A stretch of 64,000 nucleotides of DNA from positions 78,368,001 to 78,432,000 of the forward strand of contig OZ024743.1 of assembly GCA_964016885.1 (NCBI GenBank), read 5' to 3'. The notes beneath the pieces are model-generated. The model had not been told where the DNA came from, searched no databases, and worked only from the letters and a program-made list of their open reading frames with translations. A program made the translations under genes and the position numbers. This document shows positions 1 to 12,830 of the stretch, one piece after another (the stretch's first letter is position 1; every line of letters begins with the position of its first letter). The DNA is from Eledone cirrhosa (Eukaryota).

Positions 1-295
1 GTACCCACTAATGCACCCACTAGCATTGCCCACAACAGAACAACCTGTCTAACCCATGCTAGCATGGAAAATCGACATAAACATCCAGCCCACAATGTAA
101 AGTGGTCATGTAAAAGACAGCAAAAACACCCAGCGCACACTGTAAATGTGGTTGACACTATGAAGGACATCCAGCCATAAAAAAACAGCCAGAAACAGTC
201 CTAAATGAGCGAGATACAGTCACCCAAACCAACTTTCCCCTAAATGGAGAAAACCCGTCTAACCCATGCTAGCATGGAAGATGATGATGATGGTG
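1..295 (+). mobile_element. degenerate RTE 3'UTR / RTE-related SINE tail fragments (two tandem 3' ends)
   Basis: Two copies of aacccatgctagcatggaa, the second followed by (GAT)n. Homologous to 4380-4612. Confidence 0.8.
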
Positions 296-610
296 ATATA
301 TATATAACCAACAGAGAAAAATAAAAATGTTTTACCATAATACATGGAACATCTCAATGAATGAGATAGGTTAAAATGTCTAGATCAGAAAAGCATATAA
401 ACACAGTTTAAGTTACGCCAAAGATGCAAGTGAAATTCTCTTGTATCATTTAGTTTGGTCTGCATTTTCACCTTTTGGAGATTTTGACATAAGTTAAACA
501 ATGTTTATATATATAGTATTTATATTAACTATGTGTTTCTCCACAGTTTCTGTCTACCGCATTTCAATTGCAAAGCCAACTCCTAAACCACACAGTCATA
601 TCGGTACCTA

Positions 611-959
611 CCGTATTTCCCGGCGCCGAAGACACTTCATCCTCGAGGACACACTCTAATTTTGGCAACCAAAAATTTTATTTTTAAATAATTGTTTCTA
701 CTTTTGGCACAAGGCCAGCAATTATCCCAGTGCCTTACTGGTACTTTATTTTATCGACCCCGTAAGGATGAAAGGCAAAGTTAACCTTGGCGGGATTTGA
801 ACTCAGATCATAAACTCTATGCTGCAAAGTATGGCGTCCGACCCTCTACCGATACTGCCAATCCACAATAATAAACAACCTTCAGCCTCCAAGACGCAAG
901 ATAGATTTTTGAGACTTAATTTAGGAAAAAATTAGCGTCTTCAATGCTGGGAAATATGG
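611..959. mobile_element. Tc1/mariner (Tc2-like) MITE with nested SINE
   Basis: TIRs CCGTATTTCCCGGCGCCGAAGAC / GTCTTCAATGCTGGGAAATATGG, flanked by TA on both sides (609-610, 960-961). Confidence 0.7.
690..868 (-). mobile_element. tRNA-derived SINE (Meta/MESC-like core)
   Basis: Minus strand has a B-box-like gagttcaaatcc and core ctttgcctttcatccttacggggtcgataaaataaagtaccag. Related copies at about 6900-7050(+), 13915-14100(-), 46016-46185(-), 52325-52420(+), 55345-55560(-), 62185-62255(+) and 62670-62830(+). Confidence 0.8.
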
Positions 960-1029
960 TAATTTATTTTACATTCTTCAAACACTAAAACTCAACATCC
1001 TTTCTTTTTTTTTTATATTAATATTCCAG

Positions 1030-1299
1030 GTGTATTCCTGAGTCTCCAAGGTGGCTTATTGGAAGAAAACATTTCAGAGAAGCACAACTAATTTTAAAGA
1101 AAATTATGAAGAAAAATAAAATAGATCATGAAGAAGTTTTTGATATTTTTACAAATAATGAGGAGATTTCATTGGAAAACAATTTTCAACAAAATATAGA
1201 TGAGAAAAAAATATCAAAAAAAGAGCGAAACTACAGTTTTATTGATCTGTTTAGAACATTCCGGCTTGCAATGATCACACTTAATATTTGTTTAAGTTG
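1030..1299 (+). CDS. SLC22/organic cation transporter-like MFS protein, internal exon (central cytoplasmic loop)
   Basis: ttccAG acceptor at 1028-1029. Reads (W)CIPESPRWLIGRKHFREAQLILKKIMKKNK...DLFRTFRLAMITLNICLS(W), with the PESPRWL motif of SLC22/sugar-porter MFS proteins. Donor GTAAGT at 1300, phase 2. Upstream exons lie outside the window. Confidence 0.93.
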
Positions 1300-1440
1300 G
1301 TAAGTATGTCTTTGTTATATTCTTCAATGTCTCATAACATATGGCTGTATTATTATATTACTGTAATGTATTAAGTTATACATATTATAGAGCCCTTTAG
1401 AGGGGTGGGGGGACACAATATTAATTTATTATACATATCA

Positions 1441-4400
1441 TGACGATGGGATGGGTGGTGTAGGTATACTATTAGCTGACAAGTGGGTAGATAAAGTAAT
1501 CTCAGTGTACAGGGTAAATGCAAGAATCATTAAACTCAGACTAGTCCTGAATAAGACAATTACCACAATAATATCAGCTTACGCACCCCAATCGGGGCTG
1601 CCAGACGAACTTAAGGATAGGTTTTACGAGTCCCTAATACACACTACTGCTCTAACAGACGACAAGGACTTCCTAATCATTGCAGGAGATTTTAACGGAC
1701 ACGTAGGTAAACACTGCGACGGCTTCAATAGAGTACATGGAGGCCATGGAGTTGGCACAAGGAATGAGGAAGGATTCAGACTTCTAGAATTCTGCGACGC
1801 CAATGACATGTCGATATGTAACACAAACTTTAAAAAACCCGACAACCACCTGATCACCTATAGATCAGGGGAGCACTCTAGTCAGTTAGATTTTATCCTC
1901 ATCAGAGGACGTGACAGATGGACGGTCGTAAACACAAAAGCCTTCCCTAGTGAGGAATGTACATCCCAACATAGCTTAGTTGTCAGCGACCTCACGGTCA
2001 GAACTAGACGAGCCCTGAAACAGAGGCCAACCTGGAGAAGAAAGATCTGGAAGCTGAAAGTCCCCTCAACCAGTAACAGATTTAAAGATATTTTACTCAA
2101 CGCCTACGACAGTAAAGAAGAACAGATAGAGACATTTAACGTAGAAGAGAACTGGGAGTTCCTAAAAAATAACTTACTAGAGGCGACGGATGAGGTTTGT
2201 GGCTGGAGTAAGACCTCAAGCAGGAGGAGAGTGACTTGGTGGTGGAACAATAAGGTAGATGAAGCAGTCAAGGCCAAGAGACAGGCATGGAAAGAATGGA
2301 AGAACGGGGGGAGCAGGGTACATTACATAGAGACCAAGAGGGAAGCTAGGCGACAAGTATACTTAGCTAGGAGGGAAGCAGAGGATAGAAAATTCAAGCA
2401 TGTTTTACAACGTGAGGACCAGAAACAGGAGGTATTCAAGATTGCGAGGCAGTGTGTCAGAGATAGTTGTGATGTCATTGGAGAGAAGTGTATCCGGAAT
2501 GATAAAGGTGAGCTTGCCCTCACAAGTGCTGAGAAGAAAGATGCATGGAAGAGTCATTATGATAGATTACTAAATGAGGAGAATGCATGGGAAGAAGAGA
2601 CCCTACCCCACGTAGACCCTATAGAGGGACCAGCAGTACAAGTCAGCGGCAGCGTAGTAAGTAAGGCAATCAGAGATATGAAGATAGGGAAGGCAACCGG
2701 TCCATCGGGTATAGCTGCCGAGATGCTGAAGGCATCTGGGTCTGTAGGTCACACTATAACCACACGTATCGTTAACCAGGTAATACTAGAGGGGGCCATA
2801 CCAAAAGATTGGTGCAGTAGCATCATTGTCAACTGCTACAAAGGTAAAGGCGATGCACTAGATAGAGGAAACTATAGAGGTATAAAGTTGATGGACCAGG
2901 TCATGAAAGTAACAGAAAGAGTTATAGCACAGCTGATTAGGGACCGGGTGAATATAGACGAGATGCAATTTGGGTTTGTTCCAGGGAAAGGCACCACTGA
3001 TGCGCTCTTCCTTGTGAGGCAATTACAGGAAAAGTACCTAGCTAAAAGTAAGCCACTCTACTTGGCATTTGTCGACCTTGAGAAAGCCTTTGACAGAGTT
3101 CCACGTGCAGTAATCTGGTGGGCTCTTAGAAAACTAGGAGTAGATGAATGGCTTGTGAAAGCGGTACAAGCCATGTATAGGGGAGCAGTCAGCAAAGTTA
3201 GGATTGGCAATGAGTATAGCGAGGAATTTAGCGTACAGGTTGGGGTCCACCAGGGCTCTGTTCTTAGCCCTCTCCTGTTCATCATAGTCCTGCAGGCAAT
3301 AACGGAGGAGTTTAAGACCGGATGCCCATGGGAACTCCTGTATGCTGATGACCTCGCACTCATAGCTGAATCTATGGTAGAACTAGAGAATAAATTCCAA
3401 ACCTGGAAGCAGGGACTAGAGAGAAAGGGCCTCAAAGTCAACATGACAAAGACTAAGGTCCTTATAAGTAGACGAGAAAACAGAACCCAGATCCCCTCAG
3501 GGAAATGGCCTTGCTCAGTATGTAGGAAAGGTGTAGGTAGGAACTCCATTCTTTGCCCCAAATGCAAACAATGGGTACACAAGAGATGTAGCGGGATCTC
3601 AGGAAGCTTAATTAAGAATGTAGGATTCACATGCAGCAGCTGTGCTGAAACAGCAAGCAAACAGCCACAGGAAACAAGTACCACCAATCTCTGGGAGGGC
3701 CCTGTAGAAACAGTAGACAGCTTCTGCTACCTAGGTGACCGAATTAGCAACGGAGGTGGGTGCTCAGAAAGTACAATAACTAGGGTAAGAACGGGATGGA
3801 AGAAGTTTAGGGAACTACTACCACTGCTAGCTGCAAAAGGCTTCTCCCTCAGAATGAAAGGCAGACTGTATGATGCGTGTATCCGAACAGCGATGTTGCA
3901 TGGTAGTGAGACCTGGGCGCTGAAGGTGGAAGACTTACGTAGATTAGAGAGAAACGAAGCCTGCATGCTCCGATGGATGTGTAACAGTAATATACGTGAA
4001 CGACAAAGCATAAATGAATTGAGAGAGAGACTGAGCATAAGAGGAATCAAATGCTGCGTGCAGGAGAGGCGGTTACGCTGGTATGGACATGTGATGCGTA
4101 TGAAGGATGACAGCTGCATAAAAAGGTGCAGAGCACTAGAAGTTGATGGAAACCGCGGAGTGGGGAGACCCAAGATGACTTGGGATGAGGTGATAAAAGC
4201 CGACCTTACCCAACTACACCTCTCAAAGTCAATGACACACGACCGTGACTTCTGGCGTCACGCAGTAATACAGGGTACCCGACCTCCCATGGGTACATGC
4301 TGAAGCATATAAACAATATGCCCCCCCCCCCCACCGCAAGGTGGTCGTGGAGGTGCCACGGCAAAAAAGCACCCAGCCCACACTGTAAAGTGGACGTGTA

Positions 4401-4612
4401 GGCGCCACGAAAAAGCACCCAGCACTCACTGTAAATGAGGTTGGTGTTAGGAAGGGCATCCAGCTGTAGAAATCAAGCCAGATCAGTTCCTGTATGAGCA
4501 AGGCATGGTCAGCCGACCAGACACTGCCCACAACAGGACAACCCGTCTAACCCATGCTAGCGTGGAAGAACGGACGTAAAACGGTGATGATGATGATGAT
4601 GATGATGATGAT
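1441..4612 (+). mobile_element. RTE-clade LINE (family 1), slightly 5'-truncated, uninterrupted ORF 1451-4303 (APE endonuclease + RT + PHD-like Cys insert)
   Basis: APE motifs [14 protein letters not shown] and SQLDFIL. RT motifs [21 protein letters not shown] and LYADD. (GAT)n tail 4586-4612. Candidate TSD atcatga at 1437-1443 and 4611-4617. Confidence 0.96.
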
Positions 4613-4720
4613 CATGAGGCCTGTTTGGTGGGAGTGCAATGTTTAGATGTATTATTGTATTACTCTAATGTATTAAGTTATACATTACATGGGGCCCTTT
4701 TAAGGGGCAACATTTAGCTG

Positions 4721-5146
4721 TGTAGTGACTTACATTCCGCGGGCTCATATACATTCTCCATGCGTTATTTGGCTCAGCCCAGCCAATGACCGCCAATGGA
4801 GGAGAATGTATCTCTATGCTCCCTGACGGAAAAATTCCCGCGTCAGCTCAAAAAATCTCTCTCTTGCAGCCTGACTATGCTAAGGTAAAGATCACTTATT
4901 CTCTAGCTCCGTAAGCACAAACAACATGTAACGGTGAGATTTGCACTTTGGCCTGTTGGCCTTCCTTGGGCCTGGCACAATGCCACATTCCTTTTGTAAC
5001 CCTTTTATGTTTAACTTCAGCTATACAACTAAACAAACATTACTTTGTGCTACAACAAATAAACATACATTTCATCTCTTATTTCTGCTGGTGACATCAT
5101 TATTATGTTACTCGTGTCCCAGTTACTTTTATATACATCACTGCTA
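4721..5146 (+). mobile_element. possible solo LTR
   Basis: Begins TGTAGTGA, ends with imperfect TCACTGCT, and has an internal AATAAA near 5058. About 425 bp. The TSD is not clean. Confidence 0.3.
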
Positions 5147-5269
5147 AAGGTGTATTAAAGTGTTGTAAAATATTTAGTTATACATATCACAGGGCCCTTT
5201 TGGGGAACAATGTTTTATGGCTTCATGCCCTCCTTGCTGTTATCAACCATTTTTAGTCATCACCTCTTA

Positions 5270-6630
5270 CAAACTGCAGAGATATGGTGCACCTATTCAA
5301 AACCAAGAAATGGAATGAGATGGTTGGATCATGTGTTGAGGAAGGGTGAATATGGCTGATTGAGAGGAATAAGGTAAATGAATGTGAAAGGAAATGGAAG
5401 AAGCAAACAAACATGAAAGACATGGCTTAATATGATAGAAGAAGAAATGAAAACCAGGGAGTTGGTGAGGGGGAGGTGCAGAAGATAAGACAAAATGGAG
5501 AAGCTTCTCATTGTGCCTAAAAGGTTAACCCTTGATTTAGTTTGGAAAATGTTCTTAAAATACTTGTTGTTGTATTAGGTATTGAGATGAACTGAAGAAT
5601 ATTGAAGATTTAATATCTTTATATTGATAAGATTTTTGTGTTTTATTGTACTATGATATTTTTCACCATGCTGACATGTATGTGTATATGTGTGTGCATG
5701 TGTATATAAATATAAGCGCACAAGCGCAGACGCACTTAGAAAAATACACACTCACAGATATACATTCACACAAATACACACAAACTCACACATACATTCC
5801 CTCAAACACACACATACATTTACACAAACACACACATTCACATACACTCATACACAGCATAGCAAATTGAATGCCAGCTGATGTTTTGCTATAATTTTTC
5901 ACCATCTCCTTCCTTTTACATGCTTGTATGGGTTAGACAGGTTGTTACGTTATGAAGACATTGTATTATGTGACATTGTGTTTCTCATACAATCTAATTT
6001 TGGCTGGGTTTTCTACAGCTGGATGCCCTTCCTAATGCTAGCCACATTACAATGTGTACTGGGAGCTTATTTTTATGGCACCAGCACCTTACATGGTGGA
6101 CTGGGTGCTTTTTGTCATGGCACATGTGAGGGAAATTTAGTAAACAGAAATTGTGTGTAAGTCAGTTAGAGAGATTATTCTCGAATGTTAGAGAGAAAAA
6201 TCTGGTTCTTGTGTGTCTTTAACAGAATCCACTCAGTTGCAAGCATTCAGGTCTGAAGATGTTCCTCCAACCTTCTCTCCAGTCTTGCTGACACTAAAAA
6301 GGTCATGTCTGCTTTCCTTCTTCCTATGACTAAGTGATAAAAAAAATGTTGGAATCAATCCAATTTAGTATTGTTTTCTCTCTTATGTAATTGGTCTTGT
6401 ATAATTCTTCTTCTTCTTCTTCTTCTTCTTCTTCTTGAGAGGGTCGTGGGGGAAGAGTCTTCAAACACACCTTCCAGCAGGTCCTGTCAGAAACAATCGT
6501 CTCCAACTGATCCAGCTAGATCCCCAAGTAAGACCAGCCAAGCTCATAGATGTTATCCAACCATCTTGCTCTGAGTCTACCACTGGGTCTCCTGCCGGTT
6601 GGTTTTTCTCGTATATAAGATGTTAAGAGA
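5270..6630. mobile_element. old RTE 3' fragments (5270-5545 +; 5900-6130 -; 6405-6630 - with (AAG)n tail)
   Basis: Decayed RWLDHVLR..KTW, RTE 3'UTR homology, and GRRPSGRLRARWLD..DRTCW translations. Confidence 0.6.
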
Positions 6631-7283
6631 TAAAAGCCTCTGGTAGTTCAATAGAACGAGTACCAGTAATATACTGTTTTATTTTATCTCCAAATCTATG
6701 AAAATGTTCTTGTGCCTAATCAAAAGATATCAACATCCGATGAATTAAATGAGATATTTTCTTTTTCTTCAAAAAAGATATATTGTTAATAATACACTAT
6801 ATGTGTATGTATGTATGTGTTTATGTTGGGTTCCTGGTATGTCCTGTAAATTAGCAGCTAGAAAAAACAAGCATCAATAAAATAATTACTGGGGTTATCA
6901 TAGGTGGTCAATATGGCAGGGTTGTCAGAACATTAGATATTTTTTCTAGGTCTCTGTTTTCAGTTCAAACCCTACCAAGGTCCACTTTGCCTTTCATCCT
7001 TTAGGGGTTGATAAAGAAAGTACCAGTTCAGTGCTGGTGCAGCCATCTCTCCTTCCAGTTTCCCACATCCTGGATGATCTACAACAGAGCTTCTCAAAGA
7101 AGGTCCAGGGGCACTGGGGCCTAAGGGGCGGTTAAGGGTAGAGGTAAAGATGATATAATACTATATTAAATATCAAATTATACATATTATATATAAATAT
7201 AGTAAAATAAAAAATATATATTTATTTATACATAGTATATATTATATTATTTAATATATATAAATTAATGATTTTATCTATTA

Positions 7284-8010
7284 CTAGCAGTGTATCCCGG
7301 CGTTGCACAGGTAAGAACATTGGTAATAGCACCTCCAATGAGAAACGTTTATTTGTGAGTGCCTGGTAAAAACTTATGAAAATATACCGACAGGAAACTT
7401 GTTATATTTGGAGAAAATTAAGAAGTTGAAAGTACAGTTTAGCTGTCTACGTGCATTGTTCATAGAAATATTATTGAGCCCCTTCTTTTCATACTCCTCT
7501 GTTTTGGCCTTTTGGAGTAAATGTGAAAGAGAAAGTCATAGGTTAATTTGGCAGAAGGTTCCAGTGTCATAGCAATTAGGCATAGGCTACTTACCTCAAA
7601 AGTTCATTCGCACTCTTTCCACTAAGTTACTCTTTCTCTCTATCCCTCTCGGTGCAGTCCCTTGCGAATTTCTCACGTAGGCCTGGTGTAGATTTGCACC
7701 CAATCCATCTTCCCGATGCACGTGTCCGCTTTGTGCGGCTTTTGGAGGTAGGAGTGACCAGCAGTACGTTGTTCGGCATTATTACGAAAAGGTGTAGCAG
7801 AGAATCCCGCGTGAACTAACAGCTCGGGAGGAAACTGCTTACCTCGAAGATTCATTCGCCATCGTTCTTGTCAATGCTCCGTTTAGTTGGTATTTGTTGG
7901 TCTACAGTTAGATGAATGACGCACAAAGGGTTAATGTTTATTGGCAAGAAGTTTTTTGAATAATAAAAGACGGGTTAAAGAGACCTACAATGTATCTCTG
8001 TGTGTGTATA
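7284..8010 (-). mobile_element. non-autonomous Helitron-like element
   Basis: Minus-strand 3' end cctgtgcaacgccggg..atacactgCTAG-t (subterminal hairpin plus CTAG). Same signature as 20891-20918 and 44388-44415. The 5' boundary is approximate. Confidence 0.65.
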
Positions 8011-8265
8011 TATATATATTTATATACTGATTAATGTTCAGAGCCATACTCAGCATTCTCGTGTCGCACTTATCCACCATCAGAGTGAGTTTCTTGGTCA
8101 GTGTCCAAGTCTCAGACCCGTACAGCAGCACAGACTCCACTACAGCAATGAAGAGGCGGATTTTCAGGTCTTTACGAAGGTCCGACTTCCACACAGATCT
8201 CAAGCTGTGGCATGCTGCCCAGGCTTTGCTCTTCCTCTCAACCACATCATCTTCCGTATTCCCAT

Positions 8266-11200
8266 CTATCTATCTAGGGCGGGTAAAATTCCCGAGATCC
8301 ATGGACGAGTTCTCTCCAGCAGTCTCTGTCCCTCATTACCGCTGACATGTCCTGCGTCTCCAACAGACCAGTGTCTGTCCTTAGGGCATCAACATACGTT
8401 AACCTTGTTCTTCCTCTTCCAGTGTGTCCATCTAGGGGCTCCCACAGGAGCACTGAGTGCAATGTCAACTCTGGATGTCGGTGAGCATGTCCAGCTAACC
8501 TCAGTCTTCTCTGTGTCACTTTGAGCTGACTTTTGGGAGGCTCCCATACAGCTCTGAGTTTTTCATCCTCAGTGTATACTGATTAATGTTCAGAGCCATA
8601 CTCAGCATTCTCGTGTAGCACTCATTCACCATCTGAGTGAGTTTCTTGGTCAGTGTCCAAGTCTCAGACCCGTACAGCAGCACAGACTCCACTACAGCAA
8701 TGAAGAGGCGGATTTTCAGGTCTTTACGAAGGTCCGACTTCCACACAGATCTCAAGCTGCGGCACGCCGCCCAGGCTTTGCTCTTCCTCTCAACCACATC
8801 ATCTTCCGTATTCCCAATCTTTGCTCCCAAATACAGGAAGCCCTCAACCAATTCTAGCGACTTCCCGCCCACATTAGTGATCCCCTCTGGCTTCTCAACA
8901 TTCTCTACCAGATATTTTGTTTTAGTCTCATTCATTCTCAGCCCCACACTCATCGACACAGTCTCAACCTCCCGCATCAAATCCTCTGCCTCCTTCACTG
9001 TATTTGTCACCAAAACTATGTTGTCGGCAAATTCAGCATCTGATACCTTTTTCGCCTTAACTCTCTTGCTCTGAGCCGGTGCCACAGTAAAGCCAGAGTC
9101 CTGGTGTTTCTCCAGTGCAAGATGCATACAATAGTCCACTACGATGATAAAAAGTTAGGGAGCTAATGTATCTCCCTGGGGCACTCCAGCCAGTATCTCA
9201 AAGAACTCTGTCATCCCATCAAGTGTAATGACTTGGGCTTTGGTGTTGGTGTAGAGCAGTGATATCAGGTCCACTATCTTCTTGGGGATTCCATAAGCCT
9301 GTAAGATCTTCATCAGGCAGTGATGGTCCACAGAATCAAAGGCCTTCCTAAAGTAAATGAAAACCATGACTGCAGGAAGGCACTTTGCTCTAGCTCCCTC
9401 TAATATCCTCCTCAGCATCAGGATGTGACTGGTGGTTGATCTTCCCTGTCTGAAGCTGTTCTGGTTGTCCCTGAGCTTCTTCTCCATCTCAGGCTGGATC
9501 CTGTTAAGAATCATCCTGTTGAGGGTCTTTGCCACAAGTGACGTCAGTGAGATCCCCCTGTAGTTGTTGGTGTTAGAGAGATCTCCCTTCTTTGGCACTG
9601 GGACGATGTTACTGATCCTCCACTGATTCGGGGCAACACCTTTCTCCAGTGCCCGGTTACAGAACCCCAGGATGATATCATCAAAATCACACCTCTTCAT
9701 CACCTCTGATGCCACTCCATTCTCTCCATGAGCCTTGCCCTCCTTGATCCTCTTCTTGGCTCTCTGAAGCTCCTCTCTGGGGAAGGGCTCTGTCTCAATA
9801 TCCAGTTCCTCAAACAGCCACCTGATCTCCCCAGTGCTCTGGGCTGTGGAGGGTGGCTCTCCTAGTAGGGTCCTAAAATGGTCTAGCCATTTCCTCTTCC
9901 TATCTTCGGGCCCCATTCCCTGGATCTGACTCGAACACCTTCTCTTCCTCCCTGTGATCTCGTTGATGATCATCCAGATCTGTCAACCGCTCTCTCCACA
10001 CTTCTGATCTTCTCTATCAGTGCCGCCTCTCTGACCTCAGTATAAGCGGTACAGAGTTCTTCCCTCATCACCTCCACAGTCTCCATCCTCTCCTCCGTAG
10101 GATCAGCATAGAATTGGTCCTTGGCAGCTTTCAGGTGTTCTCTGGCTGCACACACTTTTGGGTTTGTAGAGCTGACGTGCTTCCTTTTGTTCTTTTTCCT
10201 CGGCACCAGGGTTTCACTTTCTTCCGCCACTGCATTGGTGAAGTGCCCATACCTCCTCGTCACACTCTCCTCAGTCCATCCAATCTCTCTCTCCTCTGTC
10301 TCTCCACACTGAGCACTGAACCTGTTCCTCACTTCCACTGTGAACCTCTCCTGTAGCTTATCATCTTCCTTGAAAGCTCCCCAGTCATAGATTGCTCTCC
10401 GGGGCTAAGCCTTGTTCTTTCTTAAGCTCACCCAGACCTCACTCATAACAAGCCAGTGGTCACTAACCAGTGTACTGAAATAGCTGTATGGTTCCGTGTT
10501 CAGAACACTGTTCCGCCACTTTTTCCTCACCAGAATGAAATCAATCTGGGACTTGGACAGGTGCATATCTGAGATGTAGGTCCACATCTTCCCCGGATTT
10601 TTCCTAAACCTTAGGTTGGTCGCTATCAAGTTCGCCTCCAGCAGGGTGTCTCTCAGTAGTCTTCCATTTCGGTTGGTGTTGTTATGGAAGTACCAGCAAG
10701 GATCTTCACTGCCCTCCTTACTCAGATGTGCATTGAAGTCCCCCAAAACAAGCAGGATGTTGTGTGCCTGAGTGGTGTTGACAGCTCTACACACCTCCGC
10801 ATGGAACTCTTCCGCACTCACATCACAGTCCCTCTCGGTTGGACTATAGGCTGAAATGACTGTCAGTCTTGAGTTTCCATTGAAGGTCACCCTCAACACT
10901 TGCGGGGAGACAGGCATTATTTCCCTCACCAATAGACTGGTTTTTGCACTGAACACAAAACCCACTCCTCTCACAGCAGCATTGGTCATGTTCCTCACTG
11001 CCGATGTGGTGATGAGCTGGCTCCTCTTCCCAATCATCACACTCCTCACGGGCTCATCGTGTAGGATCCTGTGTTCTTGGATTGCAAGTATCTGTATACC
11101 ACTCTGCTCGAACAGATGTCCCAACTCCTCTCTCTTCTCCAGCGTCCGAATAGTCCTCACATTCAAAGTGCCCATTTTGATGGCTCTTCTGCAGGACAAA

Positions 11201-11560
11201 ACTGCATTCTTTATATTTGTCTAAGAGACAGCTGATTCATCATCCACTGGCCCTCTCTGTGGCTCTAAGCCAGCAGAGTCATAACGACCAGACTGCTCCT
11301 TGACAATGTAATTAGGAGCTCTAACCCTAGTGCTGTTAGATCGACTCTCCATATTTCTTTTCAATGGCTGACAATACCTTACCGGCGCCACTCGAATAAG
11401 GTAGTTATTTAACCCAAAAATGGAGCCCTAACAGTAACTACTACTCCGGGCCAGAGCAGACCTGGGAGTTATGACAACTAATGGGTAACTCCACATTCCC
11501 CACAGCACCTGAACTCTCGAACTGGAGCCTTGCCACTGGATGTAGTTTAATGTCATACCC

Positions 11561-11565
<5 letters not shown>
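8266..11565 (-). mobile_element. RTE-like LINE (family 4), near full length with 5'UTR, ORF broken by stops/frameshifts
   Basis: Fragments 11199-10405 (APE: TLNVRT, IQEHR, GDFNAH, SQIDFIL), 9973-9155 (RT: NYRGISL, GVPQGDTLAP), 9139-8516 and 8519-8274. (TAGA)n tail. Putative ATG near 11352. A duplicated internal piece lies at 8024-8265. Confidence 0.9.
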
Positions 11566-11603
<38 letters not shown>

Positions 11604-11699
11604 ATGTGTATATATGTGTATGTATATGTATATATGTGTATATATATGTGTAATTATATATATGTATATGTATATATATGTATATATATGTGTGTGTGA

Positions 11700-11967
11700 A
11701 TGTGGCGAAGATAATACATCAGCAATGATGTGTTGGTCATAATGTCGTTATGCCGACAGACAGACAGGTATTATAAAGGCGCGACGGAGATCGATAACCG
11801 CACCTAACACCCCTTTAACAACAGAAAATTGAAAAATAAAAGCTGCAGTTAATATCTTTAGACCACAAGGAATATATAAATGCAAGTTTGAAGTCAATCG
11901 GAATAGAAATGTGGATTTGTATAGACTTTGCAAAAACGAGGACACACAGACAGCTACAGTTTTATAT
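11700..11967 (-). mobile_element. Helitron-like 5' fragment
   Basis: Minus strand starts tatataaaactgtagctgtctgtgtgtc. Shares internal sequence (ataatacctgtctg..acgacattatgac) with 43890-43940. Confidence 0.45.
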
Positions 11968-12830
11968 ATCATCATCATCATCATCATCATTGTTTAACGT
12001 CCATCTTCCATGCTTGCATGGGTTTGGACAGGAATTTTCCCACTTGAGGCAAGATTGGTTGTCTTGCTCGTATAGGACTGTCTGGCAGGTTTTCTATGGC
12101 TGGATGCCCTTCCTAACACCAACCACCTTTACAGTGTGGACTGGGAGGTTTTTACCGTGTTACCTACACGGCCACATTACAGCGTGGACTGTGTGTTTTT
12201 TTTGTCGTGACACCTACACGACCTCATTTGTTTCGGACTGGATGTTGTGGTACCAACATAACTTTACATTGAAAGGGGTGGTGTGGATGGGGTGAGGGTA
12301 GTGGGACGGGGGTGTATTTTTGTTAGAGGTGCCTACTGACTGTAGGTTTCGCTTTGTACTTAGGCAAGGCGGGTCTTCTGTATTACTGTGTAGCGCCAAA
12401 GATCTCGGTCCAGTGACATTGTCTTGGAGAGGTGTAAGTGTGTGAGGTCGGAATTTATCAAGTCGTCCCAGGTTTTTCTGGGTCTGCCTACTCTGTGGCT
12501 ACCGTCTATTTTTATCGCCCTGCACTTTTTTATACAGCTGTCATCTTTCATGTGCATCACGTGACCGTACCAACGTAGTCTTCTCTCGAGTAAACAACAT
12601 CTGATCCCTCTTATTCCTAATTTCTCCCTTAGTTCATTTATGCTTTGCCGTTCATGTATATTACTATTACACATCCAGTGGAGCATGCAAGCTTCGTTCC
12701 TCTCCAGTCTGCGTATATCCTCTGCACACAATGCCCAGGTCTCACTGCCATGTAACATTGCTGTTCGTATGCAGGCATCATACAGCCTGCCTTTCATTTT
12801 TAGAGAGAACTCTTTAGCGACCAATAGTGG
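11968..12830 (-). mobile_element. RTE LINE family 2, 3' fragment
   Basis: ORF 12824-12360 ([24 protein letters not shown]), 3'UTR and (GAT)n tail at 11968-11990. Confidence 0.93.

Noticed and set aside
3500-3645. PHD-like Cys/His insert inside the RTE RT as a novel domain fusion
   Set aside because: It is present in RTE families 1-3 here and is, to my knowledge, a common feature of invertebrate RTE elements.
3058-4173. Long antisense ORFs overlapping RTE, CR1 and PLE ORFs
   Set aside because: They are shadow frames of transposon coding sequence with no recognisable motifs.
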